Origin: Escherichia coli
Lineage (GTDB): Bacteria > Pseudomonadota > Gammaproteobacteria > Enterobacterales > Enterobacteriaceae
Direction: 5' to 3' (one strand)
Assembly: GCF_016026235.1 (NCBI RefSeq)
Contig: NZ_CP065613.1
DNA: 64,000 nucleotides
Shown here: piece by piece, positions 12,106 to 22,898 of the stretch
Numbering within the stretch: position 1 is the stretch's first letter
Layout: each line of letters starts with the position of its first letter
The notes under the pieces: model-generated
What the model saw: only the letters and a program-made list of their open reading frames with translations
Told to the model about the DNA's origin: nothing
Databases searched by the model: none
Position numbers and translations under genes: made by a program

Positions 12106-12945
12106 TTAGCGCCCCCGAATACCATCAGCCAGACGTTTGCCGTTACGCACCGACAGCAGCGTCAGCAAAGTGCGCCAGGTCATACGTTTATTGCGGATCT
12201 GGTAGAGGGTAAACAGCTGATATTTTTTACTGGCACGGTCGAATTTGTCTTTGTGCTTGCGGTAAAAGTGGAAGTATCCGGAGAATTTTTTCGGTGACGA
12301 GGTGATCTGCATTTCACCGTGATTGATATGCAGGATCTGCGTCGCCTCTTCCACTTTCCACGGTTCGCCATACTCCACCACCATCCGCAGGAAGATGTCG
12401 TAATCCTGTGCCGCTTTCAGTTCGGTATCGAACAAACACTCTTTGAAACGCCATGCCCAGGTAAAGACCTGATTGCCAATGATATTGCGTTTATAGAACA
12501 GGCGGCGTGAATACGGCGATTTGGGATACAGCGGCAAGCTTGCCGGTTGGGAATAGACTTCGCCCTGGCAAACGTAGTCGTTAGCGTACAAAAAGGCGTG
12601 AGTGACCAGTTGCTGTTTATGGGCGAGGAAGACGCTCAGACGGTTGGGTGTCCATTCATCATCATCATCGATCCCGGTGATGTATTCCCCTTGCGCCAGC
12701 ATAATCGCCTGGTTACGTACCGCGCACGCCCCGCTGTTAATGTCGTTGTGAATGTAAGTGATACGCGGATCGTTGAGGGCGGTGACGTACTGTTGCAGTT
12801 GTTCCCAGGAGGTGGAGCAATCATCCACGATGATCATCTCCCAGTTGCTGTAGTCCTGGCGCAGGACCGATTTTATCGCCCGAATCGCCAGTTGTTGGCG
12901 GTTCCAGGTCGGCATATAGATTGAAATCAGCGGATTGTCTTTCAT
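12106..12945 (-). CDS. wcaA: Colanic acid glycosyltransferase (GT2)
   Basis: 279 aa; GT2 motifs (ISIYMPTWNRQ...IIVDDCS). Confidence 0.85.
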   Translation of the reverse strand: MKDNPLISIYMPTWNRQQLAIRAIKSVLRQDYSNWEMIIVDDCSTSWEQLQQYVTALNDPRITYIHNDINSGACAVRNQAIMLAQGEYITGIDDDDEWTPNRLSVFLAHKQQLVTHAFLYANDYVCQGEVYSQPASLPLYPKSPYSRRLFYKRNIIGNQVFTWAWRFKECLFDTELKAAQDYDIFLRMVVEYGEPWKVEEATQILHINHGEMQITSSPKKFSGYFHFYRKHKDKFDRASKKYQLFTLYQIRNKRMTWRTLLTLLSVRNGKRLADGIRGR

Positions 12946-13007
12946 TGGTTGTTCTCCCGGAGTGTCGAGATGTTCTGCCGGTTTATAAGCTTGTTTACGG
13001 GTTCTGT

Positions 13008-13120
13008 TGCCGGATGCGGCGTGAGCGCCTTATCCGGCCTACGGAGCTGGTTTGCTTGCCGGATGCGGCGTGAAGGTAGGTCGGATAAGATGCGTCAGCA
13101 TCGCATCCGACAGCGGATGT
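13008..13120. repeat. REP/BIME cluster between wcaA and wzc
   Basis: Repeated GCCGGATGCGGCGTGA...CCTTATCCGGCCTAC type units. Confidence 0.8.
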
Positions 13121-13122
13121 CG

Positions 13123-15285
13123 TTATTTCGCATCCGACTTATATTCGTATTCGTAATAGCCATAATCCTGATACGCGCTGGCGCGGCGGAAGATGGAGTT
13201 CAGAATCACCCCTTTCACCGGAATACCGTTTTGCTCAAAGCGGCTCAGACTGGTTTCCACTTCTTTCAAGGTGTTGACCGCATAACGCGCCACCATTAAC
13301 GTGGTTCCGACATGACGACCAACAATTGCGGCATCGGTCACTGCCAGAATCGGCGGCGTATCAATCAACACCAGGTCGTAGTTTTTACTCGCCCAGTTCA
13401 CCAGTTCGGCAAAGCGTTCGCTCATCAACAGTTCAGAAGGATTTGGCGGCACCTGACCGCGCGGGATCAGGTCAAATTTGGCAATAGAGGTCGGTTTAGC
13501 TGCGGTAGTAATATCGCCCTGACCAATCAGAATTTCCGACAGGCCATTGACGTTATTGGTACCCAACAGCTCGTGGGTGTAGCCTTTGCGCATATCGCAG
13601 TCGATCAACAACACCCGTTTATTGGTCTGACTGATCACCGCCGCCAGGTTGGCGCAGACAAAGGTTTTACCAATTGACGGGCTAACCCCGGTCATCATCA
13701 ACACATTGTTCTGCGCCTGCATCATCGCGAAGTGCAGACTGGTACGCAGACTGCGGATGGCTTCAATCGCCAGATCGGTTGGATTCCCCACCGCCAGTAG
13801 CTGGCTCTGTTTATAGCGTTTAATCCCTTTGATGGTTTTGACGCTATCGCGCGCTTTCTGCCATTCCGACAGCGGGATGCTGGCATAGACGCTGATACCA
13901 TGTTCTTCCAGCACCTGCGGGCTTTCGATGCCGCGATTAAACAACGAGCGCAGCAGCACACCCACGATAGAGAGCATCAGGCCAAGGATAATCGCGCCGA
14001 GGATAATCAGTCCTTTCTTCGGTTTCAGCACGCCAGGCTGGGTGATTGCCGGGTCAACAATGCGCACATCGCCGACGGTGCTGGCTTCGGTGATTTTCAG
14101 CTCCTGCTCTTTATTCAGCAGTTGCATATAGACCTGCTGACCAGACTCGACATCGCGGGTCAGGCGCACAATCTCCTGCTGGGTTTTCGGCATCGCCGTT
14201 ACGCGACCGTTAAGTTTGGCTTTCTCTTCTTCCAGCGCCTGACGTTTCTCCAGCAGCGTGCGGTACGCCGGGTGAACTTTGGTGTACAGCTTGGAGATTT
14301 CCGCCTCTTTAAAGGTCAGTTCGTTCAACTGCGCGTCGATGTTCACCATCGAATCGAGCACCGCTTTCGCTTCAAGCGGCAGATCAACAGAATCTTTATC
14401 CTGACGGAAGGCATTCAGTTTGTTTTCGGCAACATCGAGGCGGCTACGTACTTCCGGTAACTGTTGCGCGAGGAAAGCGAGGCTTTTCGACGCTTCCGCC
14501 GATTTGCGCTCAATATTTTGTTCCTGATAGTTACGGGCGATGCTGTTAAGAATGTCGCGGATCTGTTCGCGATCTTCACCGGTATAAGTCAGGCTCAGTA
14601 CGCCTGCGTCTTTGCCGTTCTCCGTTACCGTCAGGCTGTTTTGCAGTTGGTTGATCATCCCCAACGTGGAGTATTTGGTGACGGTAAACTCACTGCCCGG
14701 GCGGGCGTGAATGGCTTCAACCATCAGCGTGACGCCTTCTTTTTTCAGCATCTGGCCCGCTTGCCCACGGGCGCTAAAGCCGCCATCACTGCTCAGGGTG
14801 TAGTTTTTATTGTCCAGCACATTAAGCGTAAACACCTGGTCCGCCATCTCTTTCGGGCGGTTAAAGGTAGTCACTTTCACCGTCTCGTTCTGGCGTCCCA
14901 TCAGTCGATCCCAGCCCGCCCCGAAAATCGGGAACGTGTTTTTGCTCACTGCAATATCGAGGTCGAGATCGTCCACCGTTTTACCAAGCACCAGACGCGA
15001 ACGAATCAACTGGATCTCGGCGTCCGATGCAGGCGGTTTGTTGGCTAATGCCGAACCAATGTCCTGCACTAACGAATTGCCGATGTTTTGCTCGATTTGT
15101 ACCAGTGCGTCGGCACTATAAATCGGCGTGGCGAAGAAGGTGTAAACCACGGCACAGAGGGCAAATACAGCGGTGATGCCAATCACCCACCAGCGCGCTT
15201 CAATGACGGTGCCGACCAGGCGACCAATATCGATTTCATCACTGCCCGTTACCGGAGCGGCATGTTGTTTTACTTTTTCTGTCAT
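13123..15285 (-). CDS. wzc: Tyrosine autokinase / polysaccharide co-polymerase
   Basis: ORF track 13123..15321; start trimmed to MTEKVKQHAAPVTG. Walker A GVSPSIGKT and C-terminal Tyr cluster YQDYGYYEYEYKSD. Confidence 0.93.
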   Translation of the reverse strand: MTEKVKQHAAPVTGSDEIDIGRLVGTVIEARWWVIGITAVFALCAVVYTFFATPIYSADALVQIEQNIGNSLVQDIGSALANKPPASDAEIQLIRSRLVLGKTVDDLDLDIAVSKNTFPIFGAGWDRLMGRQNETVKVTTFNRPKEMADQVFTLNVLDNKNYTLSSDGGFSARGQAGQMLKKEGVTLMVEAIHARPGSEFTVTKYSTLGMINQLQNSLTVTENGKDAGVLSLTYTGEDREQIRDILNSIARNYQEQNIERKSAEASKSLAFLAQQLPEVRSRLDVAENKLNAFRQDKDSVDLPLEAKAVLDSMVNIDAQLNELTFKEAEISKLYTKVHPAYRTLLEKRQALEEEKAKLNGRVTAMPKTQQEIVRLTRDVESGQQVYMQLLNKEQELKITEASTVGDVRIVDPAITQPGVLKPKKGLIILGAIILGLMLSIVGVLLRSLFNRGIESPQVLEEHGISVYASIPLSEWQKARDSVKTIKGIKRYKQSQLLAVGNPTDLAIEAIRSLRTSLHFAMMQAQNNVLMMTGVSPSIGKTFVCANLAAVISQTNKRVLLIDCDMRKGYTHELLGTNNVNGLSEILIGQGDITTAAKPTSIAKFDLIPRGQVPPNPSELLMSERFAELVNWASKNYDLVLIDTPPILAVTDAAIVGRHVGTTLMVARYAVNTLKEVETSLSRFEQNGIPVKGVILNSIFRRASAYQDYGYYEYEYKSDAK

Positions 15286-15287
15286 TC

Positions 15288-15731
15288 TTATACCTGCTCT
15301 GCGTTCAATGCCTGCGCCCACTGGCGGGCAGACCGTTCAAGTAATGTGTACACCGCTGCAAACGTTTCCCGGCTTTTGCGATACGGATCGGGGATTTCAC
15401 ATTCGTTATCCCAGTGACCAAACAGCATCACTTTGCCGCGCATCTCAGGTGCCATCTCGCATAAGCGTTCGATATGGCGCTTTTCCATGGTCAAAATCAG
15501 GTCATAGTTGCGACACAGGCGGCGGCTGATTTGTCGTGCACAGTGGCCTTCCAGAGACAGTTGATGTTCTGCGGCGACGCTGATAGCGGTAGGATCAGCG
15601 CCCTTACCGACCAGCGCGCCGAGTCCAGCGGACTCCACTTTCAGTTCCGGGTGATAACGTTGCAGTAAGCGTTCCGCCGTCGGGGAACGGCAAATATTGC
15701 CGACACAGACAACTAATATGTTGTTAAACAT
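15288..15731 (-). CDS. wzb: Low-molecular-weight protein-tyrosine phosphatase
   Basis: 147 aa; CX5R P-loop motif VCVGNICRSP. Confidence 0.93.
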   Translation of the reverse strand: MFNNILVVCVGNICRSPTAERLLQRYHPELKVESAGLGALVGKGADPTAISVAAEHQLSLEGHCARQISRRLCRNYDLILTMEKRHIERLCEMAPEMRGKVMLFGHWDNECEIPDPYRKSRETFAAVYTLLERSARQWAQALNAEQV

Positions 15732-15736
15732 GACGA

Positions 15737-16876
15737 TTACCAGTTATGAATGTCGCTGGCTGTATCCGTCATGTAACGGACACCGCTAATAGTTGGCAGC
15801 AACTGATTGATCAGACGGTTCCAGCGGGAAACCGGGGCGGTGGTGACATACACCACGTCATAAGGTTGCAGGCGGAATTCTGTCGCCATCACCAGCGACG
15901 TGGCATCGGACATATCCAGCTGGTAGATATTGGCAATCTTGCCATTACGCCCGCCCTCGCCTTTCAGCGGACGAATGACAAAGATGCCGCTGGCGTTGGA
16001 GGTGGTCATGTCGATACCTTCAGCATTGCCCAGAGCTTCAGTCAGGGTCATGCCGCTAAAGTCCATTTTCAGGGTGCTCTGTTTCTTCACTTCACCCATC
16101 ACAAATACTTTCAGATCATCATTACGGGGCACGTAGAGAATATCGCCGGGATAAAGCAGTCGGTTCTGATTGAGGTCGCCGTTTTGCATCAGCGCCTGTA
16201 AAGAAATGCGTTCTTCACGACCATTGTGTGTTAGCACTACGTTGCGCCAGTCAGCGGTGTCGGTCAGGCCACCTGCGGCGTTGATGGCGTCGAGAATAGT
16301 CAGTGGCACGTTGGTGATCGCCTGTTGACCGGATTTATTCACCTGACCGGAGATATAGGCCTTTTGTGAGCGGAAGGCGGCGATATTAACGTCCACCTGC
16401 GGGTCAGCGATGTACGTCGCTAAGCGCCCGGTAATATCACTGCGGATTTCAGCGAGCGTTTTCCCGACTACGTGAACCTTGCCGATATACGGGTAAAACA
16501 TAGTGCCGTCAGGCTGTACCCAGTTGCCGGTGTCGCTGGAGCTGCGGTACTGACCGGCTGGCGTGGTGAGTTCCGGGTGATCCCAGACGGTGACATTAAG
16601 AACGTCCCCCGGCCCGACGCGATACTGGTAATTCGCGATCTCGCTTTCCAGCGTCATATTGGGGCGCGCTACATTCGGGCGTGGGCGTAATTGGTCAATC
16701 AGGCGCGGGGTCAGCGGATAAACATTCACCATTTTGTCGAGATCGAAATCAGCGTCCTGCTGTTTGATGACGTCTTTGCCCATCGTCGACATATTGCTGC
16801 CCGGAAGTACTGTGCAACCGCTTATCAAGGTTACTGACACCAATAATGGCATCAATTTCATTTTGGATTTCATCAT
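15737..16876 (-). CDS. wza: Outer-membrane polysaccharide export lipoprotein
   Basis: 379 aa; lipoprotein signal peptide ...LISGC; first gene of the capsule operon. Confidence 0.93.
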   Translation of the reverse strand: MMKSKMKLMPLLVSVTLISGCTVLPGSNMSTMGKDVIKQQDADFDLDKMVNVYPLTPRLIDQLRPRPNVARPNMTLESEIANYQYRVGPGDVLNVTVWDHPELTTPAGQYRSSSDTGNWVQPDGTMFYPYIGKVHVVGKTLAEIRSDITGRLATYIADPQVDVNIAAFRSQKAYISGQVNKSGQQAITNVPLTILDAINAAGGLTDTADWRNVVLTHNGREERISLQALMQNGDLNQNRLLYPGDILYVPRNDDLKVFVMGEVKKQSTLKMDFSGMTLTEALGNAEGIDMTTSNASGIFVIRPLKGEGGRNGKIANIYQLDMSDATSLVMATEFRLQPYDVVYVTTAPVSRWNRLINQLLPTISGVRYMTDTASDIHNW

Positions 16877-17054
16877 TGTTTATTTATCACTTTGGCAGAG
16901 TAATTATCCTGTGCACTATTAATAGCAATGTCGCCATGCACATTTACCTTGCAGTTAATTGAATAAAAATTTAACTGGCATCAGTCCTAAAAAAATTGAT
17001 TTCATCCGCAGGCTATTGACAGAATAATTCAGACTGGTCTTTCAGGCATCCAGA

Positions 17055-17066
17055 CACGCTACCGCC
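17055..17066 (-). promoter_or_regulatory. ops element (RfaH recruitment site) within a JUMPStart-type leader upstream of wza
   Basis: Plus strand reads CACGCTACCGCC, so the minus-strand transcript carries GGCGGTAGCGTG, the ops consensus, about 180 nt upstream of the wza start codon. Confidence 0.7.
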
Positions 17067-17534
17067 CCTGGCTTTTTAGCTACCAATACACTGATTTAGA
17101 TTAATTTTTCAAACCCTCTCTGCATACAATCGTTGATGAGAAAGGGTTATTGCGGAAATTAACTTCCGAATATAAGGTGACATTATGGTAATTGAATATT
17201 GGCTCTCCAATAATGCAGGAGGAAGTGTTACAGCTAACGGAATAGCAGGCAAGGTAACAATTCGGCAATTGGCTATTTTTAAGAATTATATTAAGTGTCA
17301 TTCAATATGGTTTTTAGGAGTTTCTTTAGGTTGACAATATTTAATATTGCGCCTCCACATGCGATATTTCTTAAATAATGTTTTATTATTACCACTTTTA
17401 ATTCAGGGATAATGTGAGGTTATTACCCTCAAATAATATGAGATAAATAGTGCTGCAACATTGCATTTTTTCCCCGATTTATCCATGATCGAATTGTGAC
17501 ATTTGTCATACAACGAATAGGTTTTGTACTTACT

Positions 17535-19118
17535 ATGGAATGGATTGCCGATCCGTCTATCTGGGCCGGGTTAATCACGCTGATTGTGATCGAACTGGTC
17601 CTCGGCATTGATAACCTGGTCTTTATTGCCATCCTCGCCGAAAAACTACCGCCGAAGCAGCGCGACCGCGCACGGGTTACCGGGCTGCTGCTGGCGATGT
17701 TAATGCGCCTGTTACTGCTGGCGTCAATCTCCTGGCTGGTCACCCTGACTCAACCGCTGTTCAGCTTCCGCTCGTTTACCTTTAGCGCCCGCGACTTAAT
17801 CATGCTGTTTGGTGGTTTCTTCCTGTTGTTCAAAGCCACGATGGAGCTGAACGAACGGCTGGAAGGGAAAGACAGCAATAATCCCACACAACGCAAAGGT
17901 GCGAAGTTCTGGGGCGTGGTGACGCAAATTGTGGTACTGGACGCCATCTTCTCACTCGACTCAGTGATTACCGCCGTCGGGATGGTCGACCATTTACTGG
18001 TCATGATGGCCGCCGTGGTTATCGCTATCAGCCTGATGTTGATGGCCAGCAAGCCGTTAACGCAATTTGTTAACAGTCACCCGACGATCGTTATTCTCTG
18101 CTTAAGCTTCCTGTTGATGATTGGCTTTAGCCTGGTGGCAGAAGGTTTCGGCTTCGTCATTCCGAAAGGCTACCTGTACGCTGCCATTGGTTTCTCGGTG
18201 ATGATCGAGGCGCTCAATCAGTTGGCTATCTTTAACCGGCGACGTTTTCTTTCCGCTAACCAGACGCTGCGCCAGCGGACTACCGAAGCGGTAATGCGCC
18301 TGCTTAGCGGGCAAAAAGAAGATGCGGAACTGGACGCCGAAACCGCGTCCATGCTGGTGGATCATGGTAACCAGCAGATCTTTAATCCGCAGGAACGGCG
18401 GATGATTGAGCGGGTACTTAATCTTAACCAGCGTACCGTCAGCAGCATTATGACGTCGCGCCACGATATTGAGCATATCGATCTCAACGCGCCGGAAGAA
18501 GAAATCCGCCAGTTGCTGGAGCGAAATCAGCATACGCGGCTGGTGGTTACCGACGGTGATGACGCAGAAGATTTGCTCGGTGTTGTTCACGTTATCGACC
18601 TGCTACAACAGTCTCTGCGCGGCGAACCGCTCAACCTGCGGGTGTTGATTCGCCAGCCGCTGGTGTTCCCGGAAACCTTGCCGTTGTTACCTGCCCTGGA
18701 GCAGTTCCGTAATGCCCGCACGCACTTTGCTTTTGTGGTGGATGAGTTTGGCTCGGTGGAAGGGATTGTGACATTAAGTGACGTCACTGAAACCATTGCC
18801 GGTAACTTACCGAACGAAGTGGAAGAGATCGACGCCCGCCATGATATTCAGAAGAATGCGGACGGTTCCTGGACGGCGAATGGTCATATGCCGCTGGAAG
18901 ATCTGGTGCAATATGTGCCGCTGCCGCTGGATGAAAAACGTGAATATCACACCATTGCCGGGCTGTTGATGGAATATTTACAGCGTATTCCAAAACCTGG
19001 CGAAGAAGTTCAGGTGGGGGATTATTTGCTTAAAACGTTGCAGGTGGAAAGCCATCGCGTGCAGAAGGTGCAGATTATTCCGCTGCATAAGGATGGCGAG
19101 TTGGAGTACGAGGTGTGA
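17535..19118 (+). CDS. yegH: TerC-family membrane protein with CBS and CorC/HlyC transporter-associated domains
   Basis: ORF track 17496..19118; start trimmed to [14 protein letters not shown]-terminal TM helices, C-terminal CBS pair. Confidence 0.85.
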   Translation: MEWIADPSIWAGLITLIVIELVLGIDNLVFIAILAEKLPPKQRDRARVTGLLLAMLMRLLLLASISWLVTLTQPLFSFRSFTFSARDLIMLFGGFFLLFKATMELNERLEGKDSNNPTQRKGAKFWGVVTQIVVLDAIFSLDSVITAVGMVDHLLVMMAAVVIAISLMLMASKPLTQFVNSHPTIVILCLSFLLMIGFSLVAEGFGFVIPKGYLYAAIGFSVMIEALNQLAIFNRRRFLSANQTLRQRTTEAVMRLLSGQKEDAELDAETASMLVDHGNQQIFNPQERRMIERVLNLNQRTVSSIMTSRHDIEHIDLNAPEEEIRQLLERNQHTRLVVTDGDDAEDLLGVVHVIDLLQQSLRGEPLNLRVLIRQPLVFPETLPLLPALEQFRNARTHFAFVVDEFGSVEGIVTLSDVTETIAGNLPNEVEEIDARHDIQKNADGSWTANGHMPLEDLVQYVPLPLDEKREYHTIAGLLMEYLQRIPKPGEEVQVGDYLLKTLQVESHRVQKVQIIPLHKDGELEYEV

Positions 19119-19332
19119 TGGTATCGGTCATTTTACCCGATAGCCGAAAGGAATAAGATGAGGGAACCGCGCCAGCGGCGATTTACCGCCGGGAGCCCGG
19201 GTTGCCAGGGTGGTGGCGATTGAGCCACCCTGGCACGTTCACCGGCTTGAGCGTTCCATAGTAGTGAGGAACATCAAGTGAACGGAACAGCCTTCGATCT
19301 TACATATTCAGAATATAATGGTGCCGCCGCGA

Positions 19333-19375
19333 ACGCCTGATGCGACGCTTTACGCGTCTTATCAGGCCTACAGGA
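19333..19375. repeat. REP element between yegH and asmA
   Basis: GCCTGATGCGACGCTTTACGCGTCTTATCAGGCCTAC. Confidence 0.75.
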
Positions 19376-19391
19376 CAGGTCACCTGGTAAC

Positions 19392-21245
19392 CTACATCTT
19401 CTCCAGCAACTTCTTCACATCCTTGCCATTGCGGGAATCTTTATTCCGCTCGGCCCAGTCATTCAGGCGACGTTTCGCTTCGTCCTGTAGATGTTTGCGC
19501 AGTAACTGATCCACTTGCAGACTGTAATTGAGTTGCTGCCAGTTGCCATAAACCCGCAGCGGTACTGGCGTTTCTTTGAGGAAATCAATCAGTTTGCTTT
19601 CCCCGTTCCAGCCACCCACGACCCGAATATCAAACTGGGTGTCGCAGGTTTGATCTGCCAGATTCAACATGCCTTCCCCTGTCAGCGCCAGCACAGGCGA
19701 TTGACCTTGCATGTCGTTTAACGTCACGACGCCATCCTTCAACGTCAAATCGGTGGTAAAGCGGTCAAGCCGCGTCACGTTATCAAAGTTTTCAGCGGCC
19801 TTCACATCACCGCCATTACGCTCTACCGCTTGCTGAATCATCTGCTGGAAGTTCATCCCTTCCATGCGCGTGTCGGTCATTTCGACATGTGCCTGTCCTT
19901 GCCAGTTGTGGCGGAATGCGTCGGCATCTATGTCAGCACCGGAGAAATCACCAGCCAGTGACATTTTTCCGGTCAACGAAATCGGATAGTTAAACGCCTT
20001 CAGAATGGTACCAATCTCAACGTTTTCCAGCCGTGGCTGGAAGTTTATCCGCGGATTTATTGATGTCGCGTCCAGCGTGCCCGGCAGTGAAACCTGTCCA
20101 CCGTTAAGTTTGCCCTGCAGTTGAGTAATTTCCAGCAAACCCGACTTGTTGGTCATTTGCGTGGCAACATCTGTAAAATTCATTCCGCGCCAGCGCACGT
20201 TACTGGCCTGCAACAAAATATCAGCCGTAAAGCCTTGCAGTCCCTGATAGGCCGGTTCATCAATACGCGAAGAAATGACCGGGCGCGGCAACGTTGATTG
20301 GCTCTGCCCCTGCTGCGCGGCACCGTTTTCACCATTCGCGGTTTCATTAAGCGGGATGAGGTTGTCAAGATTCAGTTGCGGGAATTGCAGTCTCAGCTGC
20401 CATTCCGGTTTCTCTGTCAGCGTGACCTGTGCTTGCCCGCTCAGCGTACTGTCATTGGCGGTCAAGCTGATTTGGTTAAATGAAAGGCGTTTATGTGACT
20501 CCTGCCACTGGGCCTGGAAACTCCCCTGCCCCTGAATACCTTGTTTGGGTAAATCGGCACCCTGCAACTGCCAGTTAATTTGTTCAATAGCCGCCGTTAA
20601 ATCATGCGGATAATCAGAAGCATCTACCGTACCGTTAAGGGATATTGTGAGATCGCGCTGATCGCGATTAACCCGCCCGGAGAACTCAAATGAGCCACGA
20701 TGTTGGGGATCTTGTTCCATTTGCAGGCGGATATTGCGGATTGTCACCTGCTCGTCATCTTCATGCTGGAACACCAGCACGCTGTCCGCCACCTTAAGAC
20801 TGGATATATCAAACGACCATCCGCGATCGTCTGACAGATCCGGCAAGGTATTGTCGCGCGGTGCAACCGGAGCGTCTTCACTGCGCACCGCTTCCGTCTG
20901 CGGCGTCAGTTGGATCACTGCCCCTTTTAGCATCACCTGCTTAACGCTCAGTTGATGACTCAGTAGTGGTAAAAGCGCCACGTCCAGACGCATGTTGTCG
21001 GCGCGAACCAGTGGCTGGCTTGCGCCCTGGGCGGTGAGAGACATTCGCCCAGAGAGGATACTAAGCTGCGGCCAGACGTGCCAACGCAGTGGCCCGTCGA
21101 GCTGCAATTGATAACCGCTACGTGCAGCAACTTGCTTGACCATATAGTCGCGGAAATCATTCGGATTCACCAGCAACACTAACGCAGATAACCCGGCCAC
21201 CAGCACGACCAGGAGTATCATCAGCGTCGTCAGAAATCGTCTCAT
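19392..21245 (-). CDS. asmA: AsmA outer-membrane assembly protein
   Basis: 617 aa; N-terminal signal-anchor MRRFLTTLMILLVVLVAGLSAL; large periplasmic domain. Confidence 0.9.
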   Translation of the reverse strand: MRRFLTTLMILLVVLVAGLSALVLLVNPNDFRDYMVKQVAARSGYQLQLDGPLRWHVWPQLSILSGRMSLTAQGASQPLVRADNMRLDVALLPLLSHQLSVKQVMLKGAVIQLTPQTEAVRSEDAPVAPRDNTLPDLSDDRGWSFDISSLKVADSVLVFQHEDDEQVTIRNIRLQMEQDPQHRGSFEFSGRVNRDQRDLTISLNGTVDASDYPHDLTAAIEQINWQLQGADLPKQGIQGQGSFQAQWQESHKRLSFNQISLTANDSTLSGQAQVTLTEKPEWQLRLQFPQLNLDNLIPLNETANGENGAAQQGQSQSTLPRPVISSRIDEPAYQGLQGFTADILLQASNVRWRGMNFTDVATQMTNKSGLLEITQLQGKLNGGQVSLPGTLDATSINPRINFQPRLENVEIGTILKAFNYPISLTGKMSLAGDFSGADIDADAFRHNWQGQAHVEMTDTRMEGMNFQQMIQQAVERNGGDVKAAENFDNVTRLDRFTTDLTLKDGVVTLNDMQGQSPVLALTGEGMLNLADQTCDTQFDIRVVGGWNGESKLIDFLKETPVPLRVYGNWQQLNYSLQVDQLLRKHLQDEAKRRLNDWAERNKDSRNGKDVKKLLEKM

Positions 21246-21266
21246 GGTATCCTCAATGGGCCTGAA

Positions 21267-21848
21267 TTAGTCTTTATCGATTCGGCTGGCTACCGCGCCC
21301 TGCTGGTTGCGATATTTCGCATCTTCACGGCGGTTGTAAGGTCGCGCCGCCGGGCCGGAAAGCGGCTCAAAGCTCAGCGCACCAATTAACATGCCCGGAC
21401 GCAGCGCCAGCGGCAGCTTACCGGAGTTGTAGAACTCCAGCACAATGCAACCAGACCAGCCCGGATCGATACGGTGCGCGGTGACGTGCACCATCAGCCC
21501 CAGACGCGCCAAAGAGGAACGCCCGTCCAACCAGCCCACCAGATCGGCTGGCAGCGTCACCGACTCCAGCGTCACCGCCAGCGCCAGCTCTCCTGGGTGA
21601 AGATAGAACGCCTCGCCCTCGTCGAGAACGATCTCATCGCTCATCACGCGGTCAAGCGCGGCGCTCACTTCATCTTTGGGACCGCTCAGATCGATAAACG
21701 CTGCCGTGTGACCACGGAAGGTACGAAATTTATTGCCCAAGCGTACATCCACCGTCGCGCCGTTAATACGCTCCACTGGCGGACGTGGGTTGATCGACAA
21801 ACGGCCTTCATCAAGCCAGGCTTCAATATCTCGGTCACACAGACGCAT
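21267..21848 (-). CDS. dcd: dCTP deaminase
   Basis: 193 aa; [19 protein letters not shown]... Confidence 0.92.
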
Positions 21849-21939
21849 GGCATTTTCTCCTTTCGCGCATCACTCCCTTAACGCCAATTACGTCAAGGGC
21901 ATACCAGGTTATCACTGAACGGTACACAATTTATCAAGC

Positions 21940-22581
21940 TTATTCAAAGAACTGACTTATTTTCGCTTTCAATATATCGATCGCGATGCGGTTTTTCCCG
22001 CCGCGCGGCACGATAATGTCCGCATATTGTTTAGAAGGCTCAATGAATTGCAGGAACATCGGGCGCACGGTTTTTTGATATTGCGCCATCACGGAATCCA
22101 TTGAACGCCCACGCTCGTTAACGTCACGCTTGATGCGGCGCATCAGGCAGATATCCAGCGGGGTATCAACGAAAATGGAGAAGTTAAGTTCGTCACGCAA
22201 ACGCGCATCCGTCAGCAACAAAATGCCTTCGAGAATGATGACCTTCTTCGGCTCAACCGTCACCGTTTCTTTCATACGCGTATGTTCAACATAGCTGTAA
22301 ACCGGCAGGTCAATTGCCGAGCCACGTTTCAACGCTTGTAAATGCTCAAGCAACAGGCTGTGATCCATCGCGCTGGGATGGTCGTAGTTGGTCTTAACGC
22401 GTTCTTCCATCGACAGATGGCTTTGATCTTTGTAATAGCAGTCTTCGGGAATTACGCCGATGTGTTCATCACCGACTTGCTCACGTAATTCACGATAAAG
22501 GGTACTGGCAATAAGACTCTTGCCGGAAGCCGATGCGCCAGCGATACCGATAATGACGCACTGATGAGACTGATCAGTCAT
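21940..22581 (-). CDS. udk: Uridine/cytidine kinase
   Basis: ORF track 21940..22644; start trimmed to [22 protein letters not shown] (P-loop). Confidence 0.92.
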
Positions 22582-22898
22582 ATATTTAGCGACCTGATTA
22601 ACCTGGATGTTAGGAAGGGGGCGACGAAGCGCCAAACGCGGCAATTATAGGGATTTCATCCGTCTGATACCAGTCGAATAGCGTTGCCGCGCGCTCAGAG
22701 TTAATTGTTGACAAAGAATTCCCGGTGGCAAATTACGTTGATCAGTTTTATGTAAGGTAAAAAATGTTATACGCAGTTGCGCAAATTATCCGCCTTTACG
22801 TCACTTTATGAGCAATTCGCATATAAAATGTAAAACTTTTGTACTAGCATAAACACAGAAACGAATACTGGCGACCTGGTCTTGCGGATAAAGCGGTA

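Noticed and set aside
17281-17294. Possible RcsAB box TAAGAATTATATTA upstream of wza
   Set aside because: Only a partial match to the TaAGaatatTCctA consensus, including a mismatch at a conserved C; cannot be supported without a matrix scan.
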